From Longimicrobiales bacterium (GTDB taxonomy: Bacteria; Gemmatimonadota; Gemmatimonadetes; Longimicrobiales; Gaopeijiaceae), in the NCBI GenBank assembly GCA_965198065.1, contig CBDAON010000004.1:2496001-2560000 (forward strand): a stretch of DNA of 64,000 nucleotides, read 5' to 3'. This document shows, piece by piece, positions 29,366-39,082 of this stretch. The notes beneath the pieces are model-generated. The model had not been told where the DNA came from, made no database searches, and worked only from the letters and a program-made list of their open reading frames with translations. The translations under genes and the position numbers were made by a program. Positions within the stretch are counted from its first letter, which is position 1, and every line of letters starts with the position of its first letter.

Positions 29366-30943
29366 ATGGATTCCCCGCAGGCCATCGGGCTGGCTGCGGC
29401 CCTGCTCGTCGTCGTCGGTGTGTTCGCGGGCTTCCTTTTCGGGAGAAGTCGTGAGCGTGCCCGACAAAGGGTCGAGCGGGAGCATGCGCGCGACGAGGCG
29501 TCTCGCCTGCTCGAGCGGGCACGCGAGGAATCGGGGACGCTGAGAAAGGAGGCCGAGCTCAGGGGCCGGGAGGAGGCCTTGGGGCTCCGGGAAGAGTGGG
29601 AGCGAGAGGAGGCCCGGCGAAGGGGAGAGCTGGAGCGAACGGAGCTGAAGGTGGGCGAGCGCTCCGAGACCCTCGACAAGAAGTTCGACGTGCTGGACCA
29701 ACGCGACGCCCAGCAGGAGTCGACGGCCGCGGAGCTACGGGCGCTGGGTGAGAGGCTCGAGATCCGGGATCGGGAAACCCGGGAGACGTTCGAGCAGGCG
29801 AGGCGCAAGCTCGAGGGCCTGGCAGGGCTGTCGGTTCAGGAGGCGAGGGACCAGCTGGTGGCGGAGCTCCAGGACGAGGCTCGAGCCGAGGCGGCCCAGC
29901 TGGTGCGGGAGGTGCGGGAGGAGGCGCAGAGGACCGCTCAGCGGGAGGCGAAACAGGTCATCGTGCTGGCCATCCAGCGGATGGCGGCGGAAGAGACGGC
30001 CCAGGCCACCGTGTCCGTGGTCCAGCTCCCCTCCGACGACATGAAGGGCCGGATCATCGGGCGCGAAGGGCGAAACATCCGGGCCTTCGAGCAGGCGACC
30101 GGAATCGACGTCATCATCGACGACACGCCCGAGGCGGTGGTCCTTTCGGGATTCGACCCGGTCCGGCGCGAAGTGGCCCGCATCGCCCTCGAGAAGCTCA
30201 TCGAGGACGGCCGCATCCATCCCGGCCGGATCGAGGAGGTCGTGGACAAGAGCCGAACCGAGGTCGAGGCCGGGATGATCGAGGCGGCCGAGCAGGCGCT
30301 CTACGACCTGGGCATCCGTCAGCTTCCTCCCGAGATCGTTAAGGTCCTGGGGCGCCTCAAGTTCCGAACGTCATACGGTCAGAATCAACTCCGTCACTCG
30401 AAGGAAGTGGCGCAGCTGGCTGGATCCATGGCCGCCGAGTTCGGCCTCGACGCCCAGGTGGCGAAGCGGGCCGGTCTCCTGCACGACATCGGGAAGGGGC
30501 TGACCCACGACCAAGAGGGGACGCACGTGGAGTTGGGGTACGAGCTCTGCAAGCGGCACACCGAGCCCCCCATCGTTCTGAATGCCATCCGCGCCCACCA
30601 CGACGAGGAGCCGCACGCGTCGCCGGAGGCGTTCCTCGTCACGGCGGCGGACGCGATCTCGGGGTCTCGCCCGGGAGCCCGGCGGGAAATGTTCGAGACG
30701 TACGTGAAGCGGCTGGAGAAGCTCGAGAAGATCGCGATGGACTTCCCCGGGGTCGAGCGATGCTTCGCGATCCAGGCCGGGCGCGAGGTAAGAGTGATGG
30801 TCGAGCCCGAGAAGGTTTCGGACGACGAGATGGCGCAGATCTCCGAGAAGGTCGCCAAGCGCTTCGAGGACGAGCTCCAGTACCCGGGACAGATCAAGGT
30901 CGTGGTGATCCGCGAGACCCGCGCCGTGGACTTTGCCCGGTGA
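29366..30943 (+). CDS. rny: Ribonuclease Y
   Basis: N-terminal TM, coiled coil, KH domain (KGRIIGREGRNI), HD domain (LLHDIGK, ADAISGSRPGAR). Confidence 0.96.
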   Translation: MDSPQAIGLAAALLVVVGVFAGFLFGRSRERARQRVEREHARDEASRLLERAREESGTLRKEAELRGREEALGLREEWEREEARRRGELERTELKVGERSETLDKKFDVLDQRDAQQESTAAELRALGERLEIRDRETRETFEQARRKLEGLAGLSVQEARDQLVAELQDEARAEAAQLVREVREEAQRTAQREAKQVIVLAIQRMAAEETAQATVSVVQLPSDDMKGRIIGREGRNIRAFEQATGIDVIIDDTPEAVVLSGFDPVRREVARIALEKLIEDGRIHPGRIEEVVDKSRTEVEAGMIEAAEQALYDLGIRQLPPEIVKVLGRLKFRTSYGQNQLRHSKEVAQLAGSMAAEFGLDAQVAKRAGLLHDIGKGLTHDQEGTHVELGYELCKRHTEPPIVLNAIRAHHDEEPHASPEAFLVTAADAISGSRPGARREMFETYVKRLEKLEKIAMDFPGVERCFAIQAGREVRVMVEPEKVSDDEMAQISEKVAKRFEDELQYPGQIKVVVIRETRAVDFAR

Positions 30944-30998
30944 GCCCGGTGGCGCCCCCGAGGCGGCGCTTCCCCACGGTCGCACCGAAGGGGTAGGC

Positions 30999-31892
30999 AT
31001 GGCGGCAGAGCTCATCTCCGGAACCGACGTGGCCCGCGCGATCCGGGAGGAGGTAGCCGGGCGCGTGGCGGGCTTGGCGGCCGAGGGGCAGGTTCCGGGG
31101 CTCGCGACGATTCTCGTGGGGGACGACCCGGCCGGCCAGTCCTATGTGCGGGCGAAGAACCGGGCGGCGAAGGAGGTGGGCATCCGCTCCCGGCATATCG
31201 ACCTCCCGGCTTCCACGCCACACGAAGAGCTCCTGGGCTGGGTCGAGGGGCTGAACGCGGACCCGGACATCCACGGGATCCTCGTTCAACTGCCTCTTTC
31301 CGCGCAGATCCGAACCTGGGAGATCCTCGAGGCCATTCATCCGTCCAAGGACGTGGACGGCTTCCATCCCGTGAACGTAGGTCGTTTGAGCGCGGGCGAT
31401 TCCCGGGTGCTCGCGCCGTGCACCCCGCTCGGGATCCTCGAGCTCCTCTTTCGGAGCGGGAACGATCCAGCAGGAAAGCACGTCGTGGTCGTCGGGCGCT
31501 CGAGCCTGGTCGGAAAACCCACGGCCGCCCTCCTGCTCCGGCGGGGCCCGGGCGGCGACGCCACAGTGACGGTGGCCCACTCGCGAACGCCGGATCTGGC
31601 GGCGGTGACGCGCCTGGGGGAGATCCTCATCGTGGCCGCGGGGAGGGCGGGGGTCGTCACCCGCGACATGGTTCGCCCCGGGGCCGTCGTGATCGATGTG
31701 GGGGTGAACCGGGTGGAGGATCCGACGGTGGAGAAGGGATACCGTCTCGTCGGGGACGTGGACTTCGAGGCCGTACGGGAGGTGGCCTCGGCCATCACCC
31801 CGGTCCCGGGAGGAGTGGGACCCATGACGATCGCGATGCTCCTCTCGAATACGGTCGAGGCCGCGGCCCGCTCGCGGGCGGACGTGGCGTGA
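30999..31892 (+). CDS. folD: Methylenetetrahydrofolate dehydrogenase/cyclohydrolase
   Basis: GILVQLPL, KDVDGFHP, PCTP, TPVPGGVGPMT. Confidence 0.96.
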   Translation: MAAELISGTDVARAIREEVAGRVAGLAAEGQVPGLATILVGDDPAGQSYVRAKNRAAKEVGIRSRHIDLPASTPHEELLGWVEGLNADPDIHGILVQLPLSAQIRTWEILEAIHPSKDVDGFHPVNVGRLSAGDSRVLAPCTPLGILELLFRSGNDPAGKHVVVVGRSSLVGKPTAALLLRRGPGGDATVTVAHSRTPDLAAVTRLGEILIVAAGRAGVVTRDMVRPGAVVIDVGVNRVEDPTVEKGYRLVGDVDFEAVREVASAITPVPGGVGPMTIAMLLSNTVEAAARSRADVA

Positions 31893-31894
31893 CG

Positions 31895-33157
31895 ATGCCT
31901 GGCGGAGCCGACTGGTCCGGCGTGAGGGGAGAGGCGGACGTGAGTGCCTCCGGGTCCCGGGTCTTGAGCGTCTCCCAGGTGAACCGGGCGGTCCGTCGGC
32001 TCCTTGAGGACACCCTGCCCCAGATCTGGGTCGCGGGCGAGGTCGGGGGCTGGACCCGCGCGCGCTCCGGTCACGCGTACTTCGTGCTCAAGGATGAGGA
32101 ATCTCAGCTCCGCTGCGTGATGTGGCGGAGCGACGCGGAGAGGCTCCCCGCGGATCCCGAGATCGGAATGCGCGTCCGGGCCCTCGGGTACCTGACGCTC
32201 TACGAGGCGAGGGGGGAATACCAATTGGCGGTCCGCGCGCTCGAGGGAGAAGGCCAGGAGGGGCTCTGGCGGCTCGCGTTCGAGCGCCTTCGCGAGCGCC
32301 TCGAGTCGGAGGGTCTCCTCGTCCCCGAGCGAAAGCGCCGACTCCCCCGGTTCCCCTCCTCGATCGGGGTGGTGACCTCGCCCAGCGGCGCGGCGTTCCA
32401 CGACATCCTGACGGTCGTCCGCCGGCGCGCGCCCTGGACCAGGATCGTGCTCCGCGCCGCCCGCGTTCAGGGCGAAGGAGCCGCGGGAGAGATTGCCGAT
32501 GCCATTCGGGTGCTCGGCGCGAGCAGGGAGGTGGACCTCGTGATCGTGGGAAGGGGCGGCGGCTCGATGGAGGACCTTTGGGCGTTCAACGAGGAGCCAG
32601 TCGCGAGGGCGATCGCCGCGTGCCCGGTGCCGGTCATCTCGGCCGTGGGTCACGAGGTAGACGTCACGATCGCCGATCTCGTGGCCGACGTGAGGGCCCC
32701 CACGCCGTCCGCGGCGGCCGAGTCGGCCGTCCAGGATCGCCGGACCGTCCTGGATCTCCTCCAGGGCGTGCGCCCGCGGCTGGCTCGCGCCCTCCGAGGG
32801 CGCACGGAGCGAGGTCGGCTTCGAGTCGCCCGGGCGCGCGAGGGCGCCGCCCGAGGGCTGCATACGCTCGTCAGCGCCCGCAGGCGGGGTTTGGAGCGCA
32901 GGGGCGAGAGCCTCACCCGCGCGATCCGATCCGCGCTCGGCGCCCGACGACAGCGTCTCGGGGTGGCGGCGGGAAAGGTCGATGCCCTCTCCCCCCTTTC
33001 CGCCCTCGGGCGCGGATTCGCTGTGCCGCTCGACGGGAGGGGGAGGATCCTTCGCGGGACCAGCGCGTTTCGGCGGGGCGACCGGTTCGACCTCCGGGTC
33101 GTGGACGGCCGCGTGCAGTGCGAGACCGTCGCCGTCCGGGAGGACGTGGGCGCATGA
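31895..33157 (+). CDS. xseA: Exodeoxyribonuclease VII large subunit
   Basis: SGHAYFVLKD, GRGGGSMEDLWAFN, SAVGHEVD, RAPTPSAAAE; start could be GTG 31889 or 31940. Confidence 0.94.
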   Translation: MPGGADWSGVRGEADVSASGSRVLSVSQVNRAVRRLLEDTLPQIWVAGEVGGWTRARSGHAYFVLKDEESQLRCVMWRSDAERLPADPEIGMRVRALGYLTLYEARGEYQLAVRALEGEGQEGLWRLAFERLRERLESEGLLVPERKRRLPRFPSSIGVVTSPSGAAFHDILTVVRRRAPWTRIVLRAARVQGEGAAGEIADAIRVLGASREVDLVIVGRGGGSMEDLWAFNEEPVARAIAACPVPVISAVGHEVDVTIADLVADVRAPTPSAAAESAVQDRRTVLDLLQGVRPRLARALRGRTERGRLRVARAREGAARGLHTLVSARRRGLERRGESLTRAIRSALGARRQRLGVAAGKVDALSPLSALGRGFAVPLDGRGRILRGTSAFRRGDRFDLRVVDGRVQCETVAVREDVGA

Positions 33158-33453
33158 GCCCGGCGCGGCGGGAGGCCGGCTCGGAAGAGCCCGCGGACGG
33201 GGCGTCCGGCGCCGGGAATGAGCCGAGTCTCGAGGCCAGGCTCCGGCGACTGGACGAGATCGTCGCCCAGCTCGAGGGCGGGGATCCGGATCTCGAAACC
33301 GGGCTCCGTCTCTTTGAGGAAGGGGTGCGCCACATACGGGAGGCGGAGGGGCTCCTGGCCGAGGCCCAACTCCGCGTAGAAGAGCTCGTAGGTAACGCCG
33401 AGGCGGCCGAGGTGCGTTCCGTAGATCTTCCCGTCGAGAAGGACGAGGCGTAG
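33154..33453 (+). CDS. xseB: Exodeoxyribonuclease VII small subunit
   Basis: LEARLRRLDEIVAQLEGG...LETGLRLFEEG; ATGA overlap with xseA. Confidence 0.92.
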   Translation: MSPARREAGSEEPADGASGAGNEPSLEARLRRLDEIVAQLEGGDPDLETGLRLFEEGVRHIREAEGLLAEAQLRVEELVGNAEAAEVRSVDLPVEKDEA

Positions 33454-34385
33454 TGCGGAGCGCACGCGTGCTGGAGCTCGCGAGCTTCCTCGAAGTGGAG
33501 AGGCACCGCGTCGGCCATGCGCTCGATCGAGCCCTCCGCCAGGTCGTCCCCCTTCTCCACCCCAAGCTTCGCGGCCCCGTGAGACAGGGGGTTCTGGCGG
33601 GGGGAAAGCGTCTCCGCCCTATCCTCTGCGTGACCGCATACCGGGCCTCGGGAGGGGTGGAGGAGCCGGAGGGCCGGATGCAGGAGGCCCTCTACGACCT
33701 GGCGGTATCGGTGGAGCTCATTCACGCGTACTCCCTCATGCACGACGATCTGCCGTGCATGGACGACGCCGCGCTACGAAGGGGGGAGCCCACGCCGCAC
33801 ACGGTTCACGGCGAGCGCTCTACGGTGCTGGGTGGGGCGGCCCTGATCCCGTCGGCTGCCCTCCAGCTTTGGGGCGCCGCGGCGGCGCTCGGCCTCGGAC
33901 TGGCCCGCCGAAAGGAGCTCGTTCGGATCCTGGCGAGGGCCGCGGGGGCGGAAGGGATGGTTGGCGGGCAGGCCATGGACCTCCTCGCCGAAGGAGGCCG
34001 CCAGCTCTCTCGCGAAGAGATGGACGGCTTGCACGCGAGAAAGACGGGCGCGCTCCTCGCCGCATCCCTGACTCTCGGGAGCACCGCCGCCCGCGCTCCC
34101 CGGGAGCTGGGCGAAGCCCTCGCGAGCTACGGGGAAGAGATCGGTCTCGCATTCCAGATCGCCGACGACGTCCTGGACGCGACGGCTGACGCGGGCACGC
34201 TGGGGAAGCATCCGTCGGACCGGGATCTCGGGAAGTCTACCTACGTGGGCCTCCTCGGCGTGGACGGCGCCCGACGAGAGGCGGAGCTCCGAATCGAGAG
34301 AGCTCTCGGGGCCCTGGCGGGCGTCGGAATCGAGTCGCCTCCCCTCGAGGCCCTCGCTCGTTACGTGGTTCACCGGGACCGCTGA
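33453..34385 (+). CDS. ispA: Farnesyl/geranylgeranyl diphosphate synthase
   Basis: GGKRLRP, HAYSLMHDDLPCMD, GLAFQIADDVLD. Confidence 0.93.
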   Translation: MRSARVLELASFLEVERHRVGHALDRALRQVVPLLHPKLRGPVRQGVLAGGKRLRPILCVTAYRASGGVEEPEGRMQEALYDLAVSVELIHAYSLMHDDLPCMDDAALRRGEPTPHTVHGERSTVLGGAALIPSAALQLWGAAAALGLGLARRKELVRILARAAGAEGMVGGQAMDLLAEGGRQLSREEMDGLHARKTGALLAASLTLGSTAARAPRELGEALASYGEEIGLAFQIADDVLDATADAGTLGKHPSDRDLGKSTYVGLLGVDGARREAELRIERALGALAGVGIESPPLEALARYVVHRDR

Positions 34386-34567
34386 CGCTTGGGACCCCGG
34401 GCGATCCGGTGACGCGGGGCGCGCGACGCGCCGGCGATGCGGCCCCCCCGGACGATCCCTGTCGGCTCCGCCGCGCTTCCCACTATGTTTCGGCTCTGTC
34501 GTTGGGTTTCGAACGGCACGCCGGACGCTCGGCGTCGTCGACCCAACCGTGCACGGGGAGGGACGAG

Positions 34568-36472
34568 GTGTCGTTGTTGGAGCGGGTGAAGGATCCGTCG
34601 GACCTCCGCAAGCTGTCTCGGGGCGAGCTCAAGGCACTAGTCGTCGAGCTTCGGGACCGCCACATCGACGTGGTATCCCATGTCGGGGGACACTTCGGCG
34701 CGAGCCTCGGTGTGACCGAGCTCACCGTCGCGCTGCACTACGTGTTCGACACTCCTCGGGATCGCCTGGTTTGGGACACGGGGCATCAGGGCTACATCCA
34801 CAAGATCCTCACGGGGCGCAACGACCGCTTTCCCGCCATCCGGCAGGATGGCGGGCTCGCGCCGTTCCTGAACCGGAGCGAGTCGGAGTACGACACGTTC
34901 GGGGCCGGACACGCGGCCACATCCATCTCCGCGGCCCTCGGGATGGCCACGGCCCGGGACCTCCTCGGAAGGGACGAGAAGGTCGTGGCCATCATCGGGG
35001 ACGGGGCCATGGGCTGCGGTCTCGCTTACGAGGCCCTGAACAACGCGGGCCACACGGATCGGGACCTCGTGGTCGTGCTAAACGACAACGACATGTCCAT
35101 CGCCCCCAACGTCGGCGCGATGAACAAGTACCTGACCACGATGATCACGAACCCGGTCTACAACCGGGTGCGTGACGAGGTGAAGGCGCTCCTCCAGAAG
35201 GCTCCGCGAAGCCTGGAGTCCGTGGCGGAGAAGGTCGAGGAGGGTGTCAAGCACCTGCTCGTTCCCGGAATGCTCTTCCAGGAGCTCGGGTTCCGCTACG
35301 TCGGTCCGGTGGATGGACACAGTGTCGACGATCTCCTCGACGCGCTCCAGGGCGTCCGGGAGATGCGGGGTCCCATCCTCGTTCACGTGCTCACGCAGAA
35401 GGGGAGGGGGTACGCGCCGGCTGAGGAAAACCCCATGAAGTGGCACGCAGCTTCCCCGTTCGACAAAATCTCGGGCTCGGGGAAGTCCAAAGCCGGCGGG
35501 TTGCCGCGCTACCAAAAGGTCTTCGGCGCCGGGGTGATGGAGCTCGGGCGGCACGACCCCAGGATTGTCGTCATCACCGCGGGAATGCCCGACGGCACGT
35601 CGAGCGAGATCTTCGGGAAGGCCTTCCCCGAGCGCCACTTCGATGTCGGGATCGCCGAGGCGCACGGAACGACGTTTGCAGCGGGGCTGGCCACCCAGGG
35701 GATCCGCCCGGTCGTCGCGATCTATTCGACGTTTCTCCAGCGGGCGTTCGACTCGATTGTGCACGACGTCGCGCTCCAGCGCCTTCCCGTGGTGTTCTGC
35801 ATGGACCGTGCGGGGATCGCGGGCGAGGACGGGCCAACCCACCACGGCGCCTTCGACATCAACTACATGCTGGCCGTTCCCGGCATGACGGTGGCGGCGC
35901 CGAAGGACGGCTCGGAGATGCTCGCGCTGCTTCGACTCGCCCTCTCGCTGGACGACGGACCGTTCTCGATCCGATGGCCGCGGGCGTCCGTCCCCGCGGA
36001 GGTCCCGGCGATCTCGGAGATTCCGGCCGTTGAGTACGGGAGCTGGGAGGTCCTGAGGGAGGGGTCGGCCTTGGCCATCCTATCCGTCGGCGCCATGGTC
36101 CAGTCCGCTATCGAGGCTGCGGCTCTCCTGGCCCGGGACGGGATCTCGGCCACGGTGGTGAACTGTCGGTTCCTCCGACCGTACGATCGATCGGTGCTCT
36201 CGGGCGTTCTCGGGCGCCACGAGGCCGTTCTCACCGTGGAGGAGGGCGCGCGCTCGAATGGGTTCGGGGCGTTCGTGGCGCGGGAGATCCTGGATGATCC
36301 GGACCTTCCGTTCCCTTCGAGTTTCGGGACGATGGGCCTCCCGGACCGCTTCGTCGAGCACGGGCCGCGTGCCGTGCTTCTCTCCAGGGCGGGGCTCGAT
36401 CCGGCCGGGATTGCGAGCCGCGCGCGGGAGATCGTGGGGAAGCAGGTTCGAGCGTCGAGAGAGAGTGCGTGA
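34568..36472 (+). CDS. dxs: 1-deoxy-D-xylulose-5-phosphate synthase
   Basis: GGHFGASLG, FGAGHAATS, IGDGA...NDN, YSTFLQR, GEDGPTHHG. Confidence 0.96.
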   Translation: MSLLERVKDPSDLRKLSRGELKALVVELRDRHIDVVSHVGGHFGASLGVTELTVALHYVFDTPRDRLVWDTGHQGYIHKILTGRNDRFPAIRQDGGLAPFLNRSESEYDTFGAGHAATSISAALGMATARDLLGRDEKVVAIIGDGAMGCGLAYEALNNAGHTDRDLVVVLNDNDMSIAPNVGAMNKYLTTMITNPVYNRVRDEVKALLQKAPRSLESVAEKVEEGVKHLLVPGMLFQELGFRYVGPVDGHSVDDLLDALQGVREMRGPILVHVLTQKGRGYAPAEENPMKWHAASPFDKISGSGKSKAGGLPRYQKVFGAGVMELGRHDPRIVVITAGMPDGTSSEIFGKAFPERHFDVGIAEAHGTTFAAGLATQGIRPVVAIYSTFLQRAFDSIVHDVALQRLPVVFCMDRAGIAGEDGPTHHGAFDINYMLAVPGMTVAAPKDGSEMLALLRLALSLDDGPFSIRWPRASVPAEVPAISEIPAVEYGSWEVLREGSALAILSVGAMVQSAIEAAALLARDGISATVVNCRFLRPYDRSVLSGVLGRHEAVLTVEEGARSNGFGAFVAREILDDPDLPFPSSFGTMGLPDRFVEHGPRAVLLSRAGLDPAGIASRAREIVGKQVRASRESA

Positions 36473-37374
36473 CGCCTCCGGGTGAGGGACGGCTCGCCTC
36501 GCTCCCCGGCGGGTTCAAGAGGATCGGGGTGGTCGGGCACGACGGGACGGAGGAGCTTCGGGGGGTGATCGAGCGCGTCCGGAGGTTCGCGGAAGCGCAT
36601 GGGATCGATGTCTTCCTCGAGGAGTCGATCCGGAAGGGGGATCTGAGGTCGCTCGAGTCCCTCCCCGAGTCCGGCGACGGGGTCGATCTGATCCTCACCC
36701 TGGGGGGCGACGGTACGCTGCTCCGAGGCGTGCGACGGGGCGCCCCCGATGCCATCCCCGTGCTCGGAGTGAACCTGGGGCGCCTCGGGTTCCTCACCTC
36801 GGCCGGTCTCCCCACGCTCGAGTCGGCCCTGGAGCAGGCGCTCCAGGGTGCGGCCCTTCTGGATCGCCGGTTCACGCTCGAGGGCCGGGTCGTCCACGGG
36901 AACGGAAAGCCCGGTGCCCGTCTCTGGGCCCTGAACGACCTCGTGCTTCACAAGGGAGGTGCGGCCCGGGTCGTGAGGCTCAGGCTTCGGATCGGAAAGG
37001 ACGCCGAGGAGGAGATCGGGAGTTTCTCGGGCGACGGGGTCATCGTGGCGACCCCCACCGGCTCAACTGCCTATTCCCTCTCCGCGGGCGGCCCGATCAT
37101 CGTACCGACCATGGATTGCGTGGTCGTGACGCCGATCTGCCCTCACACCATGGCCATGCGGCCGTTCGTCCTTCCGGATCACATGCTCCTCACGGTCCAG
37201 GCCGTTGATCGGAGCGGGGACTTGGTCATCACGGCCGACGGGCAGGTCGCGTGCACGCTCGAGCCGGGAGACCACGTCGTGATGGGGAAGGGTCCGCACC
37301 GGGTGTCCCTCGTGCGGTTCCCGGGACAGACCTACTTCGATACGCTTAGCCGCGTCCTCAACTGGGCGGTGTGA
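36469..37374 (+). CDS. nadK: NAD kinase
   Basis: LGGDGTLL, GRLGFL, ATPTGSTAYSLSAGGP. Confidence 0.95.
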   Translation: MTPPGEGRLASLPGGFKRIGVVGHDGTEELRGVIERVRRFAEAHGIDVFLEESIRKGDLRSLESLPESGDGVDLILTLGGDGTLLRGVRRGAPDAIPVLGVNLGRLGFLTSAGLPTLESALEQALQGAALLDRRFTLEGRVVHGNGKPGARLWALNDLVLHKGGAARVVRLRLRIGKDAEEEIGSFSGDGVIVATPTGSTAYSLSAGGPIIVPTMDCVVVTPICPHTMAMRPFVLPDHMLLTVQAVDRSGDLVITADGQVACTLEPGDHVVMGKGPHRVSLVRFPGQTYFDTLSRVLNWAV

Positions 37375-37417
37375 AGGGGCGCCATCCCGAAGACCGCGGG
37401 ACGCACTTCCGAGCGCC

Positions 37418-39082
37418 ATGCTGATCGAGCTCCGTATCCGGAACCTGGCCGTGATCGAGGACCTGTCCGTCGAGCTGGGCCCGGGGCTAAACACGCTGAC
37501 GGGTGAGACCGGCGCCGGCAAGTCGATCATCGTGGGTGCGCTCTCGCTGCTCCTCGGTGAGCGAGCGTCGTCGGAGTCCGTGAGGGCCGGGGCGGACCGG
37601 GCCTCCGTGGAGGCCGTGTTCGACGTGTTGGAGAGGCCCGAGCTTCGCGCCCGGTTGGAGGAATTGGGGTTCGAGCCGGACGACGAGGTGCTCGTGCTCC
37701 GGCGCGAGGTTCAGGCCGAGGGCCGAAACCGCGCCTGGATCAACGGCTCCCCTACCACTGCGGGAGTGGTGGGTGACTTCGGGCGCTCTCTCGTAGATCT
37801 CCACGGCCAACACGAGCACCAGACGCTCCTCCGTCCGTCCGAGCAGAGGGCGATTTTGGATTCGTTCGCCGGGGTGCGGGAGCTGTCCGACCGGGTCCGG
37901 GAGCTTCACCACCTCGCGTCGGAGCTTCGGGATCGACGGACGCGGCGCGACGCACGTGGCCGGGATCTGAGGGAGCGGGCCGGGTTTCTCCGGTCGCAGC
38001 TCGACGAGATCGAGGACGCGCGGGTCCTTCCCGACGAGGACGAACGCGTGCATGAGGAGCTGGGGAGGCTGGAACACGCCGAGGAGCTGGCTCGCGAGTC
38101 CGAGGCCGTGCACGGCCTCCTCCAAGCGGACGACAGCTCTGTGTCGGAGCGCCTGGCCGAGGCGAGGAACGCGCTCGACCGGCTGTCCCACTTCGACCCA
38201 AAGCTCGCCGCGCTTCGAGACGAGGTGGACGAGCTCTATCACCGGGCGGCTGAGGCAGGCAGGGCGGCCGGGAAGTACTCTACGGACGTGGACGTGTCCC
38301 CCGTCCGTGCGGAAGAGCTCCGAACGCGAGCGGACCTCCTGTTTCGGCTCAAGCGCAAGTACGGACCCGAGCTCCAAGACGTGCTGGACACGCTGGCCCG
38401 CGTGGCAGGCGAGCTCGACGAGCTGGACGAGACCGGGCTCGAGCTGGGGGAGCTGACGCGCCGTCTCGAGGATGTCGAGATGAATCTGCGTGAAGGAGCG
38501 GCCGAGCTCAGCCGGGCCCGAGCGGAGGCCGGAAGGGGGCTCGCCGCCGAAGTCGAGGCCATGCTTCCGGACCTCGGAATGCCGGGGGCCCAGTTCCGGG
38601 TCGGGCTCGAGCCGCTCGAGGTGCCGGAGGCGGGAGGCGCGGAGCACATCCAGTTTCTCGCCTCCCTGAATCCCGGCTTCGACGTGCGCCCGCTGGCCAG
38701 GATCGCGAGTGGAGGTGAGCTCTCGCGCGTAATGCTTGCGCTCAAGTCCGTCCTATCTCAAGACGATCCCGTGCCCACCCTCGTCTTCGACGAAATCGAC
38801 GCGGGCATCGGCGGGGAGGTGGCGGTCGCGGTTGCCACCAAGCTGCGGGACGTGGGGCGGCTGCATCAGGTCGTGGTCGTCACGCACCTAGCCCAGCTCG
38901 CCTCGCGAGGACGGCAGCACCTTAGGGTCGAGAAGATCGAGCGCGCGGGCCGCGCGCTTGCCACCGTGGAAAGCCTGGAAGGGGAAGGGCGCGTACGGGA
39001 AATTGCGCGGATGCTAGGCGGAGATCCGGACTCCGAGACGTCCCGCCATCACGCGCGGGAGCTCCTAACCTCCGATCACTAG
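37418..39082 (+). CDS. recN: DNA repair protein RecN
   Basis: TGETGAGKS, DLHGQH, ASGGELSRVMLA, FDEIDAGIGG, EIARMLGG. Confidence 0.96.
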   Translation: MLIELRIRNLAVIEDLSVELGPGLNTLTGETGAGKSIIVGALSLLLGERASSESVRAGADRASVEAVFDVLERPELRARLEELGFEPDDEVLVLRREVQAEGRNRAWINGSPTTAGVVGDFGRSLVDLHGQHEHQTLLRPSEQRAILDSFAGVRELSDRVRELHHLASELRDRRTRRDARGRDLRERAGFLRSQLDEIEDARVLPDEDERVHEELGRLEHAEELARESEAVHGLLQADDSSVSERLAEARNALDRLSHFDPKLAALRDEVDELYHRAAEAGRAAGKYSTDVDVSPVRAEELRTRADLLFRLKRKYGPELQDVLDTLARVAGELDELDETGLELGELTRRLEDVEMNLREGAAELSRARAEAGRGLAAEVEAMLPDLGMPGAQFRVGLEPLEVPEAGGAEHIQFLASLNPGFDVRPLARIASGGELSRVMLALKSVLSQDDPVPTLVFDEIDAGIGGEVAVAVATKLRDVGRLHQVVVVTHLAQLASRGRQHLRVEKIERAGRALATVESLEGEGRVREIARMLGGDPDSETSRHHARELLTSDH